Shown here in pieces: positions 1 to 13,759 of a stretch of 64,000 nt of DNA. Source of the DNA: Eledone cirrhosa (taxonomy: Eukaryota); the NCBI GenBank assembly GCA_964016885.1, contig OZ024750.1, positions 39,990,001 through 40,054,000 on the forward strand, read 5' to 3'. Both the position numbers and the translations under genes were made by a program. Below the pieces are notes generated by a model. That model had not been told where the DNA came from and searched no databases. It saw nothing but the letters and a program-made list of their open reading frames with translations. Every line of letters starts with the position of its first letter. Position 1 is the stretch's first letter.

Positions 1-399
1 TAGAAGCCTGTATTGTTTGTGTCTCGCTGTCCCACCGACCCTCGGCGTCTATAGACACCTCCCCCCCCAGTCATAGAAGCCTGTATTGTTTGTGTCTTGC
101 TGTCCCACCGACCTTAACACTTAAATCCTAAAAGTTCTGCTGGGTTCCATTAATAATTCTTGAAAGAATCCTCCATGGTATGGTTCGGATGTTCCCCTCT
201 TTGACTTGTAATCCAGATTATTACTTTTAAATCATACACAAAGTATACATGCTAACTTCTTAACATAATCAAAAATATTTGAATCATTTAAAGTATTTCA
301 TTATATTCTCCACTTAATTTTGGATGTTTTAACCCTTTTGATACCAAATCGTTTGAAACCGGGCCTGGTTCTATCATATACAAAAAAAAACCCAAAACA

Positions 400-674
400 T
401 TAATATTATATGTATTTATGGTTCCGTAGGGGCGCCGTATTGACATACGGCCATTCTTGGGCATTTTACGCCTGGTGGAGACCATCTATCTCCGTGCCTG
501 TGTACAGCAGATTTTTTCCAGAGAAAGAAAGTGAGAGAGAGGAAATGAGAAACGGATATAGAGGAAGAATCGACCCCAGTACTAGACTGGTACTATATAT
601 ATATATAGAGAGAGAGAGAGAGGAAATGAGAAACGGATATAGAGGAAGAATCGACCCCAGTACTAGACTGGTAC

Positions 675-707
<33 letters not shown>

Positions 708-911
708 GAAATGAGAAACAGATATAGAGGAAGAATCGACGCCAGTACTACACTGGTACTATATATATATATATATGGAGAGAGGAAATGAGAAAGAGAT
801 ATAGAGGAAGAATCGACCCCAGTACTACACTGGTACTATATATATATATAGAGAGAGAGAGAGGAAATGAGAAACAGATATAGAGGAAGAATCGACCCCA
901 GTACTAGACTG

Positions 912-964
<53 letters not shown>

Positions 965-1203
965 GAAATGAGAAACAGATATAGAAGAAGAATCGACCCC
1001 AGTACTAGACTGGTACTATATATATATGGAGAGAGGAAATGAGAAAGAGATATAGAGGAAGAATCCACCCCAGTACTAGACTAGTACTTTTTTTATCGAC
1101 CTCGAAAGGATGAAAGACAAAGTTGACCTCGGCGGGATTTGAACTCAGAGAGTCGAGAGCCGGAACAAATACCATAAAGCATTCTATTCGACGTTCACCG
1201 CCT
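400..1203 (-). mobile_element. tRNA-headed SINE (long-tail subfamily) whose internal segment is tandemly repeated ~8x with (TA)n/(GA)n
   Basis: 1090-1203 is the reverse complement of a B-box (GAGTTCAAATCC) plus the GACTTTGYCTTTCATCCTTTCGRGGTCGATAAAA core; GAGGAAGAATCGACCCCAGTACTAGACTGGTAC recurs at 540-1090. Confidence 0.8.
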
Positions 1204-1412
1204 TTTAAAATTTTTATTTTTATCTAAAAACCTTCCATCATAATTTTATGTAAGAACCTTTGATAACACCAGCTTAATAATGAAAAAGTTATATTAAATC
1301 CCTCTAAATTCTTCATTACTTTCGAAATTATCTGAAAATCATAATCAGTGCCTTTCATTAAAAATTTGGTAATAAAAGGATTAAGCATTTTTTTTTATTT
1401 ATTTTTAATTAG

Positions 1413-2017
1413 ACACAGGCCTCTGGTTCGGGGAAACTTTCCTCCCATAAGGCACTGTGAAGGGACAGGCATCTGGTTCGGGGAAACTTTCCTCCCATAA
1501 GGCACTGTGAAGGGACAGATGTCTGGTTCGGGGAAACTTTCCTCCCATAAGGCACTGTGAAGGGACAGGCCTCTGGTTCGGGGAAACTTTCCTCCCATAA
1601 GGCACTGTGAAGGGACAGGCCTCTGGTTCGGGGAAACTTTCCTCCCATAAGGCACTGTGAAGGGACAGGTGTCTGGTTCGGGGAAACTTTCCTCCCATAA
1701 GGCACTGTGAAGGGACAGGTCTCTGGTTCGGGGAAACTTTCCTCCCATAAGGCACTGTGAAGGGACAGGCCTCTGGTTCGGGGAAACTTTCCTCCCATAA
1801 GGCACTGTGAAGGGACAGGCCTCTGGTTCGGGGAAACTTTCCTCCCATAAGGCACTGTGAAGGGACAGGTGTCTGGTTCGGGGAAACTTTCCTCCCATAA
1901 GGCACTGTGAAGGGACAGGTGTCTGGTTCGGGGAAACTTTCCTCCCATAAGGCACTGTGAAGGGACAGGTGTCTGGTTCGGGGAAACTTTCCTCCCATAA
2001 GGCACTGTGAAGGGACA
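1413..2017. repeat. 50-bp minisatellite, ~12 near-identical copies
   Basis: unit CTCTGGTTCGGGGAAACTTTCCTCCCATAAGGCACTGTGAAGGGACAGGY; explains the three overlapping ORFs at 1395-2042. Confidence 0.95.
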
Positions 2018-2064
2018 TAGTCGGTGTCCTTCCTTTCTTCACTGAATAAATATATAAATATAAG

Positions 2065-2192
2065 TTTATCCCAGGTTCAATCGTGGGTAACCACAGTAAG
2101 TAAGGTACTCAATACATAGCAGAGTATAAATATTTAATATAGAAAAGGCTTCTACAGGACTAGAACTGTTTCATTCAGGAGAAATCATCATT
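2065..2192 (-). mobile_element. Penelope-like (PLE) terminal fragment with 5'-truncated hammerhead and 3' bulged hairpin; same family as 41845-42030
   Basis: minus strand TGATGA-tttctcctgaat-GAAA-cag..ctg-TA-gaagcc, then TACTC-tgc-tat-gta-TT-GAGTA. Confidence 0.6.
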
Positions 2193-2680
2193 ATATAAAT
2201 ATAAGCACGTGTTTGTTGTGAAGACAGCGAGCGAAGTTTGAAATTTAGTGAATTCTCTTTAGTGAATTCTTCGATGCTTTTAGTAGAGAATCTCCTGAAC
2301 ACCTCAGTGAAGAATTATCCCCCCCCCCCCTAGCCAGTAGAAATATCCATTGTAAATACAGTAAATACATTGATGTGTGTCTACTCCCTCTTTCTAAACC
2401 CCATCCTATCCCCGCTCTCTCTATCTATCTCTCTGTGTCGGCGGCGGGGTGTGTTCCACATTAATTTTTGTCATAATTGTAATTAAACAGTGAGCAGTTC
2501 GACAATTAGACGTAAAGTAGACAAGTAGACGTTCTGTATGTATGTCGATTTTCCATATATATATATATATACATAGTATTGAAATTTCCGTTGGAAATTT
2601 CAATACTATGTATTAGAAGTGAAGAGTGCTCTATGTAAGTATCAGAGCAAAATTTAATGTATAAAAATCAATACAATATA

Positions 2681-2758
2681 ATTACCTCATTACCAGAGGT
2701 TTCCCGAATGAGGCGAATACGAAATAAACGTCTTCATTCGTTCGTCAGACGAGGCAAT
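2681..2758 (-). ncRNA. Type I hammerhead ribozyme, canonical core
   Basis: minus: attgcctcgt CTGACGA a-cgaatga...tcattcg-g GAAA cc-tct-g GTA atgaggtaat; 10-bp stem I, 7-bp stem II, GUA cleavage triplet. Confidence 0.9.
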
Positions 2759-2870
2759 ACCTATATATATATACATATATATATAGGGAGTGAAACGTGC
2801 AGTTACACAGTGAGCACTCGACGCGTAGCTTCTCGTCTGTAGCGGGGTTTAGAACTAAACACTGTAAATA

Positions 2871-3042
2871 TAATTGTTTCCACTTTAGGCACAAGGCCAG
2901 CAATTACCCAGTGCATTACTGGTACTTTATTTTATCGACCCCGTAAGGATGAAAGGAAAAATCAACCTCGGCGGGATTTGAACTCAGATCGTAAAGGGAC
3001 GTAACTATGCTGGAAAGCATGGCGTCCGACCCTCTACCGATA
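2871..3042 (-). mobile_element. tRNA-headed SINE (short-tail subfamily)
   Basis: matches the many copies of GGCACAAGGCCAGCAATT..CTGGTACTTTATTTTATCGACCCCGTAAGGATGAAAGG..GGATTTGAACTC. Confidence 0.9.
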
Positions 3043-3074
3043 TAATAAAGGACAATTTGTTGTCTTCACATACA

Positions 3075-3130
<56 letters not shown>

Positions 3131-3132
<2 letters not shown>

Positions 3133-3340
3133 CGAAGGAAATGTGGTAAGGAACCAGGTGGACCATAAACGCACCAAAGTACTCAATACTTAGGGTAGTA
3201 GAGTGGGTAATAGGAACGAGTAGGACCCCGACGGCTGAGCTCAAGCCGTTTCGACGGCTAATTCTGGACTAAAAATTTTAGTCCAGAATTAGCCGTCGAA
3301 ACGGCTTGAGCTCAGCCGCCGGGGTCCTACTCGTTCCTAT
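3131..3340 (-). mobile_element. Fold-back PLE-like element in (TA)n with the 3' half of a hammerhead in each arm
   Basis: ~63-bp inverted arms centred on ~3275; GAAA-cggct..agccg-TC; same family at 26855-26954 and 57794-58030. Confidence 0.75.
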
Positions 3341-3741
3341 ATATATATATGTGCGTGCGTGTGTGTGTGTCTGATGGTAGCTAAAATGCTTCCATAGGCG
3401 GTATACCGGTTGAGCACTCTATGCTCTTACAGAGCAGAGTATGATATAATAGAAAACGAAATAGGCATCACTGATTTTTCGTTTTCTATTATATATATAT
3501 ATATACATACAGTATATATATATTTATACAGTATATATATATATATAGTTAACAAATGAAACAAAAACACTGGAAGCAAAATTACGCAGTTATATTAAGT
3601 TCACTTTATACACCACCACCACCACCACACATATATAGTCCAAGGTCAACAACAATTAAAAACCAGAACCAAGCATGAAACGCACGCAATACAATAAATG
3701 TTATTAGTTTCATGGTTAAATAAAGATGAAATAAATGAGGG

Positions 3742-3779
3742 TCTTTAATGTTTCGATCGTCAGTCCTTCATCAGAAAGA
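3742..3779 (-). ncRNA. Minimal type I hammerhead (PLE-type, very short stem III)
   Basis: minus: tcttt CTGATGA aggactgacgatc GAAA ca TT aaaga; related copy at 36869-36904. Confidence 0.6.
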
Positions 3780-4064
3780 AAACTACGAGGAAAATAAGAT
3801 GTAGAGAAAAGAATTGTGGCTAAACTCGTTCTTTTCTGTACATTCTAACCCAGCTGCTCCTCTACCCAAACAAGATGTGACTCATTGCTTTATATAGCTT
3901 CAATTCTAGAGATACTGTTATTCCTTTTTTGGGGTGTAAGCTGATTGAATTGTTTGTGGTATGGTCGGGTGTTTCCATCAGTTGTAGCCAGTAACACAGT
4001 TGCGGCCAGAGAGCGAAACTATATGAATTCGGCTGGAGATAGTGATGCCCTAAGAGATATGTAT

Positions 4065-7000
4065 CTCATGTAGTACAGTGTATATAAAGACTTATATAAC
4101 ATTGCTGTCATGTAGTACAGTGTATATAAAGACTGTATATAACATTGCTCTCATGTAGGACAGTGTATATAAAGACTGTATATAACATTGCTCTCATGTA
4201 GTACAGTGTATATAAAGACTGTATATAACATTGCTCTCATGTAGTACAGTGTATATAAAGACTGTATATAACATTGCTGTCATGTAGTACAGTGTATATA
4301 AAGACTGTATATAACATTGCTGTCATGTAGTACAGTGTATAGAAAGACTGTATATAACATTACTCTCTTGTAGGACAGTGTATATAAAGACTGTATATAA
4401 GATTGCTGTCATGTAGGACAGTGTATATAAAGACTGTATATAACATTGCTCTCATGTAGTACAGTGTATATAAAGACTGTATATAACATTGCTGTCATGT
4501 AGTACAGTGTATATAAAGACTGTATAAAACATTGCTGTCATGTAGTACAGTGTATATAAAGACTGTATATAACATTGCTGTCATGTAGTACAGTGTATAT
4601 AAAGACTGTATAAAACATTGCTGTCATGTAGTACAGTGTATATAAAGACTGTATAAAACATTGCTGTCATGTAGTACAGTGTATATAAAGACTGTATATA
4701 ACATTGCTCTCATGTAGTACAGTGTATATAAAGACTGTATATAACATTGCTCTCATGTAGTACAGTGTATATAAAGACTATATAACATTGCTGTCATGTA
4801 GGACAGTGTATATAAAGACTTTATATAACATTGCTGTCATGTAGGACAGTGTATATAAAGACTGTATATAACATTGCTGTCATGTAGGACAGTGTATAGA
4901 AAGACTGTATATAACATTGCTCTCATGTAGGACAGTGTATATAAAGACTGTATATAACATTGCCCTCATGTAGTACAGTGTATTTAAAGCTGTATATAAC
5001 ATTGCTCTCATGTAGTACAGTGTATATAAAGAGTGTATATAACATTGCTGTCATGTAGGACAGTGTATATAAAGACTGTATATAACATTGCTGTCATGTA
5101 GGACAGTGTATAGAAAGACTGTATATAACATTGCTCTCATGTAGGACAGTGTATATAAAGACTGTATATAACATTGCCCTCATGTAGTACAGTGTATATA
5201 AAGACTGTATATAACATTGCTCTCATGTAGTACAGTGTATAGAAAGACTGTATATAACATTGCTGTCATGTAGGACAGTGTATATAAAGACTGTATATAA
5301 CATTGCTCTCATGTAGTACAGTGTATATAAAGCTGTATATAACATTGCTCTCATGTAGTACAGTGTATAGAAAGACTGTATATAACATTGCTGTCATGTA
5401 GGACAGTGTATATAAAGACTGTATATAACATTGCTGTCATGTAGTACAGTGTATATAAAGACTGTATATAACATTGCTGTCATGTAGGACAGTGTATAGA
5501 AAGACTGTATATAACATTACTCTCATGTAGGACAGTGTATATAAAGACTGTATATAACATTGCTGTCATGTAGTACAGTGTATATAAAGACTGTATAAAA
5601 CATTGCTGTCATGTAGTACAGTGTATATAAAGACTGTATATAACATTGCTCTCATGAAAGTACAGTGTATATAAAGACTGTATATAACATTGCTGTCATG
5701 TAGTACAGTGTATATAAAGACTGTATATAACATTGCTCTCATGTAGTACAGTGTATATAAAGACTGTATATAACATTGCTCTCATGTAGGACAGTGTATA
5801 TAAAGACTGTATATAACATTGCTGTCATGTAGGACAGTGTATATAAAGACTGTATATAACATTGCTGTCATGTAGGACAGTGTATATAAAGACTGTATAT
5901 AACATTGCTCTCATGTAGTACAGTGTATAGAAAGACTGTATATAACATTGCTGTCATGTAGGACAGTGTATATAAAGACTGTATATAACATTGCTCTCAT
6001 GTAGTACAGTGTTTATAAAGCTGTATATAACATTGCTCTCATGTAGTACAGTGTATAGAAAGACTGTATATAACATTGCTCTCATGTAGTACAGTGTATA
6101 TAAAGACTGTATATAACATTGCTGTCATGTAGGACAGTGTATATAAAGACTGTATATAACATTGTTGTCATGTAGGACAGTGTATATAAAGACTGTATAT
6201 AACATTGCTGTCATGTAGGACAGTGTATAGAAAGACTGTATATAACATTGCTCTCATGTAGGACAGTGTATATAAAGACTGTATATAACATTGCTCTCAT
6301 GTAGTACAGTGTATATAAAGCTGTAGATAACATTGCTCTCATGTAGTACAGTGTATAGAAAGACTGTATATAACATTGCTGTCATGTAGTACAGTGTATA
6401 TAAAGACTGTATATAACATTGCTCTCATGTAGTACAGTGTATATAAAGCTGTATATAACATTGCTCTCATGTAGTACAGTGTATAGAAAGACTGTATATA
6501 ACATTGCTGTCATGTAGGACAGTGTATATAAAGACTGTATATAACATTGCTCTCATGTAGTACAGTGTTTATAAAGACTGTATATAACATTGCTGTCATG
6601 TAGGACAGTGTATATAAAGACTGTATATAACATTGCTGTCATGTAGGACAGTGTATATAAAGACTGTATATAACATTGCTGTCATGTAGGACAGTGTATA
6701 TAAAGACTGTATATAACATTGCTGTCATGTAGGACAGTGTATAGAAAGACTGTATATAACATTGCTCTCATGTAGGACAGTGTATATAAAGACTTATATA
6801 ACATTGCCCTCATGTAGTACAGTGTATATAAAGCTGTATATAACATTGCTCTCATGTAGTACAGTGTATAGAAAGACTGTATATAACCTTGCTGTCATGT
6901 AGGACAGTGTATATAAAGACTGTATATAACATTGCTCTCATGTAGTACAGTGTATATAAAGCTGTATATAACATTGCTCTCATGTAGTACAGTGTATAGA

Positions 7001-10000
7001 AAGACTGTATATAACATTGCTGTCATGTAGGATAGTGTATATAAAGACTGTATATAACATTGCTCTCATGTAGTACAGTGTATATAAAGACTGTATATAA
7101 CATTGCTGTCATGTAGGACAGTGTATATAAAGACTGTATATAACATTGTTGTCATGTAGGACAGTGTATATAAAGACTGTATATAACATTGCTGTCATGT
7201 AGGACAGTGTATAGAAAGACTGTATATAACATTGCTCTCATGAAGGACAGTGTATATAAAGACTGTATATAACATTGCTCTCATGTAGTACAGTGTATAT
7301 AAAGCTGAAGATAACATTGCTCTCATGTAGTACAGTGTATAGAAAGACTGTATATAACATTGCTGTCATGTAGTACAGTGTATATAAAGACTGTATATAA
7401 CATTGCTCTCATGTAGTACAGTGTATATAAAGCTGTATATAACATTGCTCTCATGTAGTACAGTGTATAGAAAGACTGTATATAACATTGCTGTCATGTA
7501 GGACAGTGTATATAAAGACTGTATATAACATTGCTCTCATGTAGTACAGTGTATATAAAGACTGTATATAACATTGCTGTCATGTAGGACAGTGTATATA
7601 AAGACTGTATATAACATTGCTGTCATGTAGGACAGTGTATATAAAGACTGTATATAACATTGCTGTCATGTAGGACAGTGTATATAAAGACTGTATATAA
7701 CATTGCTGTCATGTAGGACAGTGTATAGAAAGACTGTATATAACATTGCTCTCATGTAGGACAGTGTATATAAAGACTTATATAACATTGCCCTCATGTA
7801 GTACAGTGTATATAAAGCTGTATATAACATTGCTCTCATGTAGTACAGTGTATAGAAAGACTGTATATAACCTTGCTGTCATGTAGGACAGTGTATATAA
7901 AGACTTATATAACATTGCTTTCATGTAGTACAGTGTATATAAAGCTGTATATAACATTGCTCTCATCTAGTACAGTGTATAGAAAGACTGTATATAACAT
8001 TGCTGTCATGTAGGATAGTGTATATAAAGACTGTATATAACATTGCTCTCATGTAGTACAGTGTATATAAAGCTGTATATAACATTGCTCTCATGTAGTA
8101 CAGTGTATAGAAAGACTGTATATAACATTGCTGTCATGTAGGATAGTGTATATAAAGACTGTATATAACATTGCTCTCATGTAGTACAGTGTATATAAAG
8201 ACTGTATATAACATTGCTGTCATGTAGGACAGTGTATATAAAGACTGTATATAACATTGTTGTCATGTAGGACAGTGTATATAAAGACTGTATATAACAT
8301 TGCTGTCATGTAGGACAGTGTATAGAAAGACTGTATATAACATTGCTCTCATGTAGGACAGTGTATATAAAGACTGTATATAACATTGCTCTCATGTAGT
8401 ACAGTGTATATAAAGCTGAAGATAACATTGCTCTCATGTAGTACAGTGTATAGAAAGACTGTATATAACATTGCTGTCATGTAGTACAGTGTATATAAAG
8501 ACTGTATATAACATTGCTCTCATGTAGTACAGTGTATATAAAGCTGTATATAACATTGCTCTCATGTAGTACAGTGTATAGAAAGACTGTATATAACATT
8601 GCTGTCATGTAGGACAGTGTATATAAAGACTGTATATAACATTGCTCTCATGTAGTACAGTGTATATAAAGACTGTATATAACATTGCTGTCATGTAGGA
8701 CAGTGTATATAAAGACTGTATATAACATTGCTGTCATGTAGGACAGTGTATATAAAGACTGTATATAACATTGCTGTCATGTAGGACAGTGTATATAAAG
8801 ACTGTATATAACATTGCTCTCATGTAGGACAGTGTATATAAAGACTTATATAACATTGCCCTCATGTAGTACAGTGTATATAAAGCTGTATATAACATTG
8901 CTCTCATGTAGTACAGTGTATAGAAAGACTGTATATAACCTTGCTGTCATGTAGGACAGTGTATATAAAGACTTATATAACATTGCTCTCATGTAGTACA
9001 GTGTATATAAAGCTGTATATAACATTGCTCTCATGTAGTACAGTGTATAGAAAGACTGTATATAACATTGCTGTCATGTAGGATAGTGTATATAAAGACT
9101 GTATATAACATTGCTGTCATGTAGTACAGTGTATATAAAGCTGTATATAACATTGGTCTCATGTAGTACAGTGTATAGAAAGACTGTATATAACATTGCT
9201 GTCATGTAGGACAGTGTATATAAAGACTGTATATAACATTGCTCTCATGTAGTACAGTGTATATAAAGACTGTATATAACATTGCTCTCATGTAGTACAG
9301 TGTATATAAAGACTGTATATAACATTGCTGTCATGTAGTACAGTGTATATAAAGACTGTATATAACATTGCTGTCATGTAGTACAGTGTATATAAAGCTG
9401 TATATAAGATTGGTCTCATGTAGTACAGTGTATATAAAGACTGTATATAACATTGCTGTCATGTAGGACAGTGTATATAAAGACTGTATATAACATTGCT
9501 CTCATGTAGTACAGTGTATATAAAGACTGTATATAACATTGCTCTCATGTAGTACAGTGTATATAAAGACTGTATATAACATTGCTGTCATGTAGTACAG
9601 TGTATATAAAGCTGTATATAACATTGGTCTCATGTAGTACAGTGTATATAAAGACTGTATATAACATTGCTCTCATGTAGTACAGTGTATATAAAGACTG
9701 TATATAACATTGCTGTCATGTAGTACAGTGTATATAAAGACTGTATATAACATTGCTGTCATGTAGTACAGTGTATATAAAGCTGTATATAACATTGGTC
9801 TCATGTAGTACAGTGTATAGAAAGACTGTATATAACATCGCTGTCATGTAGGACAGTGTATATAAAGACTGTATATAACATTTGCTCTCATGTAGTACAG
9901 TGTATATAAAGACTGTATATAAGATTGGTCTCATGTAGTACAGTGTATATAAAGACTGTATATAACATTGCTGTCATGTAGTACAGTGTATATAAAGACT

Positions 10001-11317
10001 GTATATAACATTGCTGTCATGTAGTACAGTGTATATAAAGCTGTATATAAGATTGGTCTCATGTAGTACAGTGTATAGAAAGACTGTATATAACATTGCT
10101 GTCATGTAGGACAGTGTATATAAAGACTGTATATAACATTGCTCTCATGTAGTACAGTGTATATAAAGACTGTATATAACATTGCTCTCATGTAGTACAG
10201 TGTATATAAAGACTGTATATAACATTGCTGTCATGTAGTACAGTGTATATAAAGACTGTATATAACATTGCTGTCATGTAGTACAGTGTATATAAAGCTG
10301 TATATAACATTGGTCTCATGTAGTACAGTGTATATAAAGACTGTATATAACATTGCTCTCATGTAGTACAGTGTATATAAAGACTGTATATAACATTGCT
10401 GTCATGTAGTACAGTGTATATAAAGACTGTATATAACATTGCTGTCATGTAGTACAGTGTATATAAAGCTGTATATAACATTGGTCTCATGTAGTACAGT
10501 GTATAGAAAGACTGTATATAGCATTGCTGTCATGTAGGACAGTGTATATAAAGACTGTATATAACATTGCTCTCATGTAGTACAGTGTATATAAAGACTG
10601 TATATAACATTGCTGTCATGTAGTACAGTGTATATAAAGCTGTATATAACATTGCTGTCATGTAGTACAGTGTATATAAAGCTGTATATAACATTGCTGT
10701 CATGTAGTACAGTGTATATAAAGACTGTATATAACATTGGTGTCATGTAGTACAGTGTATAGAAAGACTGTATATAACATTGGTGTCATGTAGTACAGTG
10801 TATATAAAGACTGTATATAACATTGCTCTCATGTAGTACAGTGTATAGAAAGACTGTATATAACATTGGTGTCATGTAGTACAGTGTATAGAAAGACTGT
10901 ATATAACATTGGTGTCATGTAGTACAGTGTATATAAAGACTGTATATAACATTGCTCTCATGTAGTACAGTGTATAGAAAGACTGTATATAAAATTGGTG
11001 TCATGTAGTACAGTGTATATAAAGACTGTATATAACATTGCTCTCGTGTAGTACAGTGTATATAAAGACTGTATATAACATTGGTCTCATGTAGGACAGT
11101 GTATATAAAGACTGTATATAACATTGCTCTCATGTAGTACAGTGTATAGAAAGACTGTATATAACATTGCTGTCATGTAGTACAGTGTATATAAAGACTG
11201 TATATAACATTGCTGTCATGTAGTACAGTGTATAGAAAGACTGTATATAACATTGCTGTCATGTAGTACAGTGTATAGAAAGACTGTATATAACATTGCT
11301 GTCATGTAGAACAGTGT
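4065..11317. repeat. 43-bp (42-43) satellite, ~170 copies, with ~1.0-1.1 kb higher-order duplications
   Basis: unit CATGTAGTACAGTGTATATAAAGACTGTATATAACATTGCTST; rare variants recur at 7868/8936 and 7302/8413. Confidence 0.97.
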
Positions 11318-11516
11318 AAACTATATGAATTCGGCCGGAGATAATGATGCCCTGAGAGATATGTATGCAATGTATGCATGAACCCCATGATTTCTGCTGG
11401 AATAGTAGGGGAGCCTTAGCAATACACGACATTTTTTAGGCAAGTAAATATGGTGGAAGCCATCCCCTCTGCAGGAAAACTACCTATTTCTTCTAGAGAA
11501 AGACGAGTGGCAAAGA

Positions 11517-11792
11517 GGAAGAGTTGAGCCCAGTACTAGGCTGGTCAGCTACTTATTGTTTTGGAAGAGTTGAGCCCAGAACTAGGCTGGTCAGCTACTT
11601 ATTGTTTGGGAAGAGTTGAGCCCAGAACTAGGCTGGTCCGCTACTTATTGTTTGGGAAGAGTTGAGCCCAGAACTAGGCTGGTCCGCTACTTATTGTTTG
11701 GGAAGAGTTGAGCCCAGAACTAGGCTGGTCCGCTACTTATTGTTTGGGAAGAGTTGAGCCCAGAACTAGGCTGGTCCGCTACTTATTGTTTG
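11517..11792. repeat. 46-bp minisatellite, 6 copies, SINE-tail-like
   Basis: unit GGAAGAGTTGAGCCCAGAACTAGGCTGGTCCGCTACTTATTGTTTG resembles GAGGAAGAATCGACCCCAGTACTAGACTGGT of the local SINE. Confidence 0.85.
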
Positions 11793-11924
11793 TAGCCACG
11801 ACCGTGAACTAATATTACGACGTAACGAAAGTGACGAAGCAGTTTTTAGGTGTGAATACGACCTGTCAATGAAACAACCAGACGATACTAAATGTCAAAA
11901 ACTTGGAACTGTGTGTTCACACTG

Positions 11925-12500
11925 CCTACTCACCACCATAGGCGCTGAGCTGGCTACCTGTAGCAGTGGAGACTTCTGGTGTCCTCGGCCCTCTACCTAC
12001 CTCCCTACTCACCACCATAGGCGCTGAGCCGGCTACCTGTAGCAGTGGAGACTTCTGGTGTCCTCGGCCCTCTACCTACCTCCCTACTCACCACCATAGG
12101 CGCTGAGCCGGCTACCTGTAGCAGTGGAGACTTCTGGTGTCCTCGGCCCTAGGGCTACCTCCCTACTCACCCCTATAGGCGCTGAGCTGGCTACCTGTAG
12201 CAGTGGAGACTTCTGGTGTCCTCGGCCCTAGGGCTACCTCCCTACTCACCCCCATAGGCGCTGAGCTGGCTACCTGTAGCAGTGGAGACTTCTGGTGTCC
12301 TCGGCCCTAGGGCTACCTCCCTACTCACCCCCATAGGCGCTGAGCAGCCCAGCCGCAGGTGTGAGCCTCGCGAGCTGGAATGGCTTTTCCAGCGCGTCTC
12401 CCTTGTCGTCCTCCGGGGAAACGCCTTCTCCATTCTGTCCATCGGGGCTGTGGGGAGGCCACCACTATGATTGACTGACTTGTCATTTCATCAGTCAGAT
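11925..12500 (+). mobile_element. 3' remnant of CRE-like non-LTR retrotransposon with an internal 79-bp tandem array (~5 copies)
   Basis: encodes AVETSGVLGPRA..IG..EPRELEWLFQRVSLVVLRGNAFSIL, typical of the C-terminus of CRE-clade RLE elements; similar remnants at 47220-47305 (+) and 47780-47920 (-). Confidence 0.65.
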
Positions 12501-12589
12501 GTTCTAATGAATCTCTATATATATAAAGTTCAACATATATGTAGAACTAAAAGAATGAGGCAATATAGAACGATTATGCATGCTGAGAG

Positions 12590-12890
12590 AGTCGTAGGGA
12601 CACTATATCGACATATGAAGTCTCTAGGGCATTTAAAACCTAGTGGAGCCCATCTCCTCTCCAGGTCTGAATACAACAGATTTCTTCTAGAGAAGGATAG
12701 AGAGACAGTGAAAGAAATGTAGAGGAAGAATCAACACCAGTACTTGACTGGTACTTTTTTTTTTATCAAGCTTAAATAGATGAAAGGCAAAGTTGACCTC
12801 AGTGGGATTTAAATTTAGCGAGAAGAGAACAGTAACGAAGACTACAAATTATTTTATTCGACGTTCTAACGACTTTGTCTATTTACCATC
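12590..12890 (-). mobile_element. SINE (long-tail subfamily)
   Basis: similar to 400-1203 and 51990-52240. Confidence 0.75.
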
Positions 12891-13253
12891 TGTGCTGAGC
12901 GAAAACCGAAGACAAATTGTGAACGATTTGAAGCCGGCGGAATATTGCGGTTTGAATCGCGGGATGTGAAAGCACGATGCTTAAACGATGCTTAAATATA
13001 GGAGTGACGTTTAATATTAGAAATAGCCGTGATAGAAGATAGTGAGTGGTACACTAACGTTAACGTGTTGGATGTCGTGGTTAAAGATATAAACTTACTA
13101 AATGGAAACCTAGTGGTGTGTTATTGGTGGATTTAGAAATCTTTGCAATTTATGATCTATGAGCAAATTCTACTGAAAATCGAATGTTGAAATGGCCGGA
13201 AGTGTGAAGAAACTTTACAACTCAAGTTGTTCAAATTTCCTCCTCCTCACCCC

Positions 13254-13620
13254 TTCTTCTTCTTCTTCTTCTTCTTCTTCTTCTTCTTCTTCTTCTTCTT
13301 CTTCTTCTTCTTCTTCTTCTTCTCCTCCTCCTCCTCCTCCTCCTACTCCTACTCCTCCTTCTCCTCATCCTCCTCCTCCTCCTTCTTCTCCTTCTTCTTC
13401 TTCTTCTTCTTCTTCTTCTTCTTCCAGCAAGATCAGCCCAGCTCATGGACGTTATCCAACTATCTTGCTCGCGGTCTACCCCTAGGATCACGTGTCGGTT
13501 GGTTTTGCCCTTAAATCTGTCCAGCCAGCGATTCTTTCTTGAGACATTCTAACCACATGTCCGTAATATCGGAGCTTTGATCTCTCACTCAGAATTTTTA
13601 AGGTTTCGTTTTTATAACTA
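13254..13620 (-). mobile_element. RTE-like LINE 3' end with (GAA)n tail
   Basis: minus ERSKLRYYGHVVRMSQER followed by (GAA/GGA)n at 13254-13423; same family at 43380-43675 (+) and 47320-47460 (+). Confidence 0.7.
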
Positions 13621-13759
13621 TATGAATGGTCAGAGGGTATGAATCGAACACAGATCTTTTGGAGAAGCTCAAGCTGTTTCAATAGTCGGTATTTCTTCCT
13701 CCATATCAGGAGACCTACTCTCCGAGTGACTGAATTTATGTTTTGTAGCGCTGAAATTT

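Noticed and set aside
1395-2042. Three ~200-aa ORFs
   Set aside because: Product of a stop-free 50-bp tandem repeat read in all three frames
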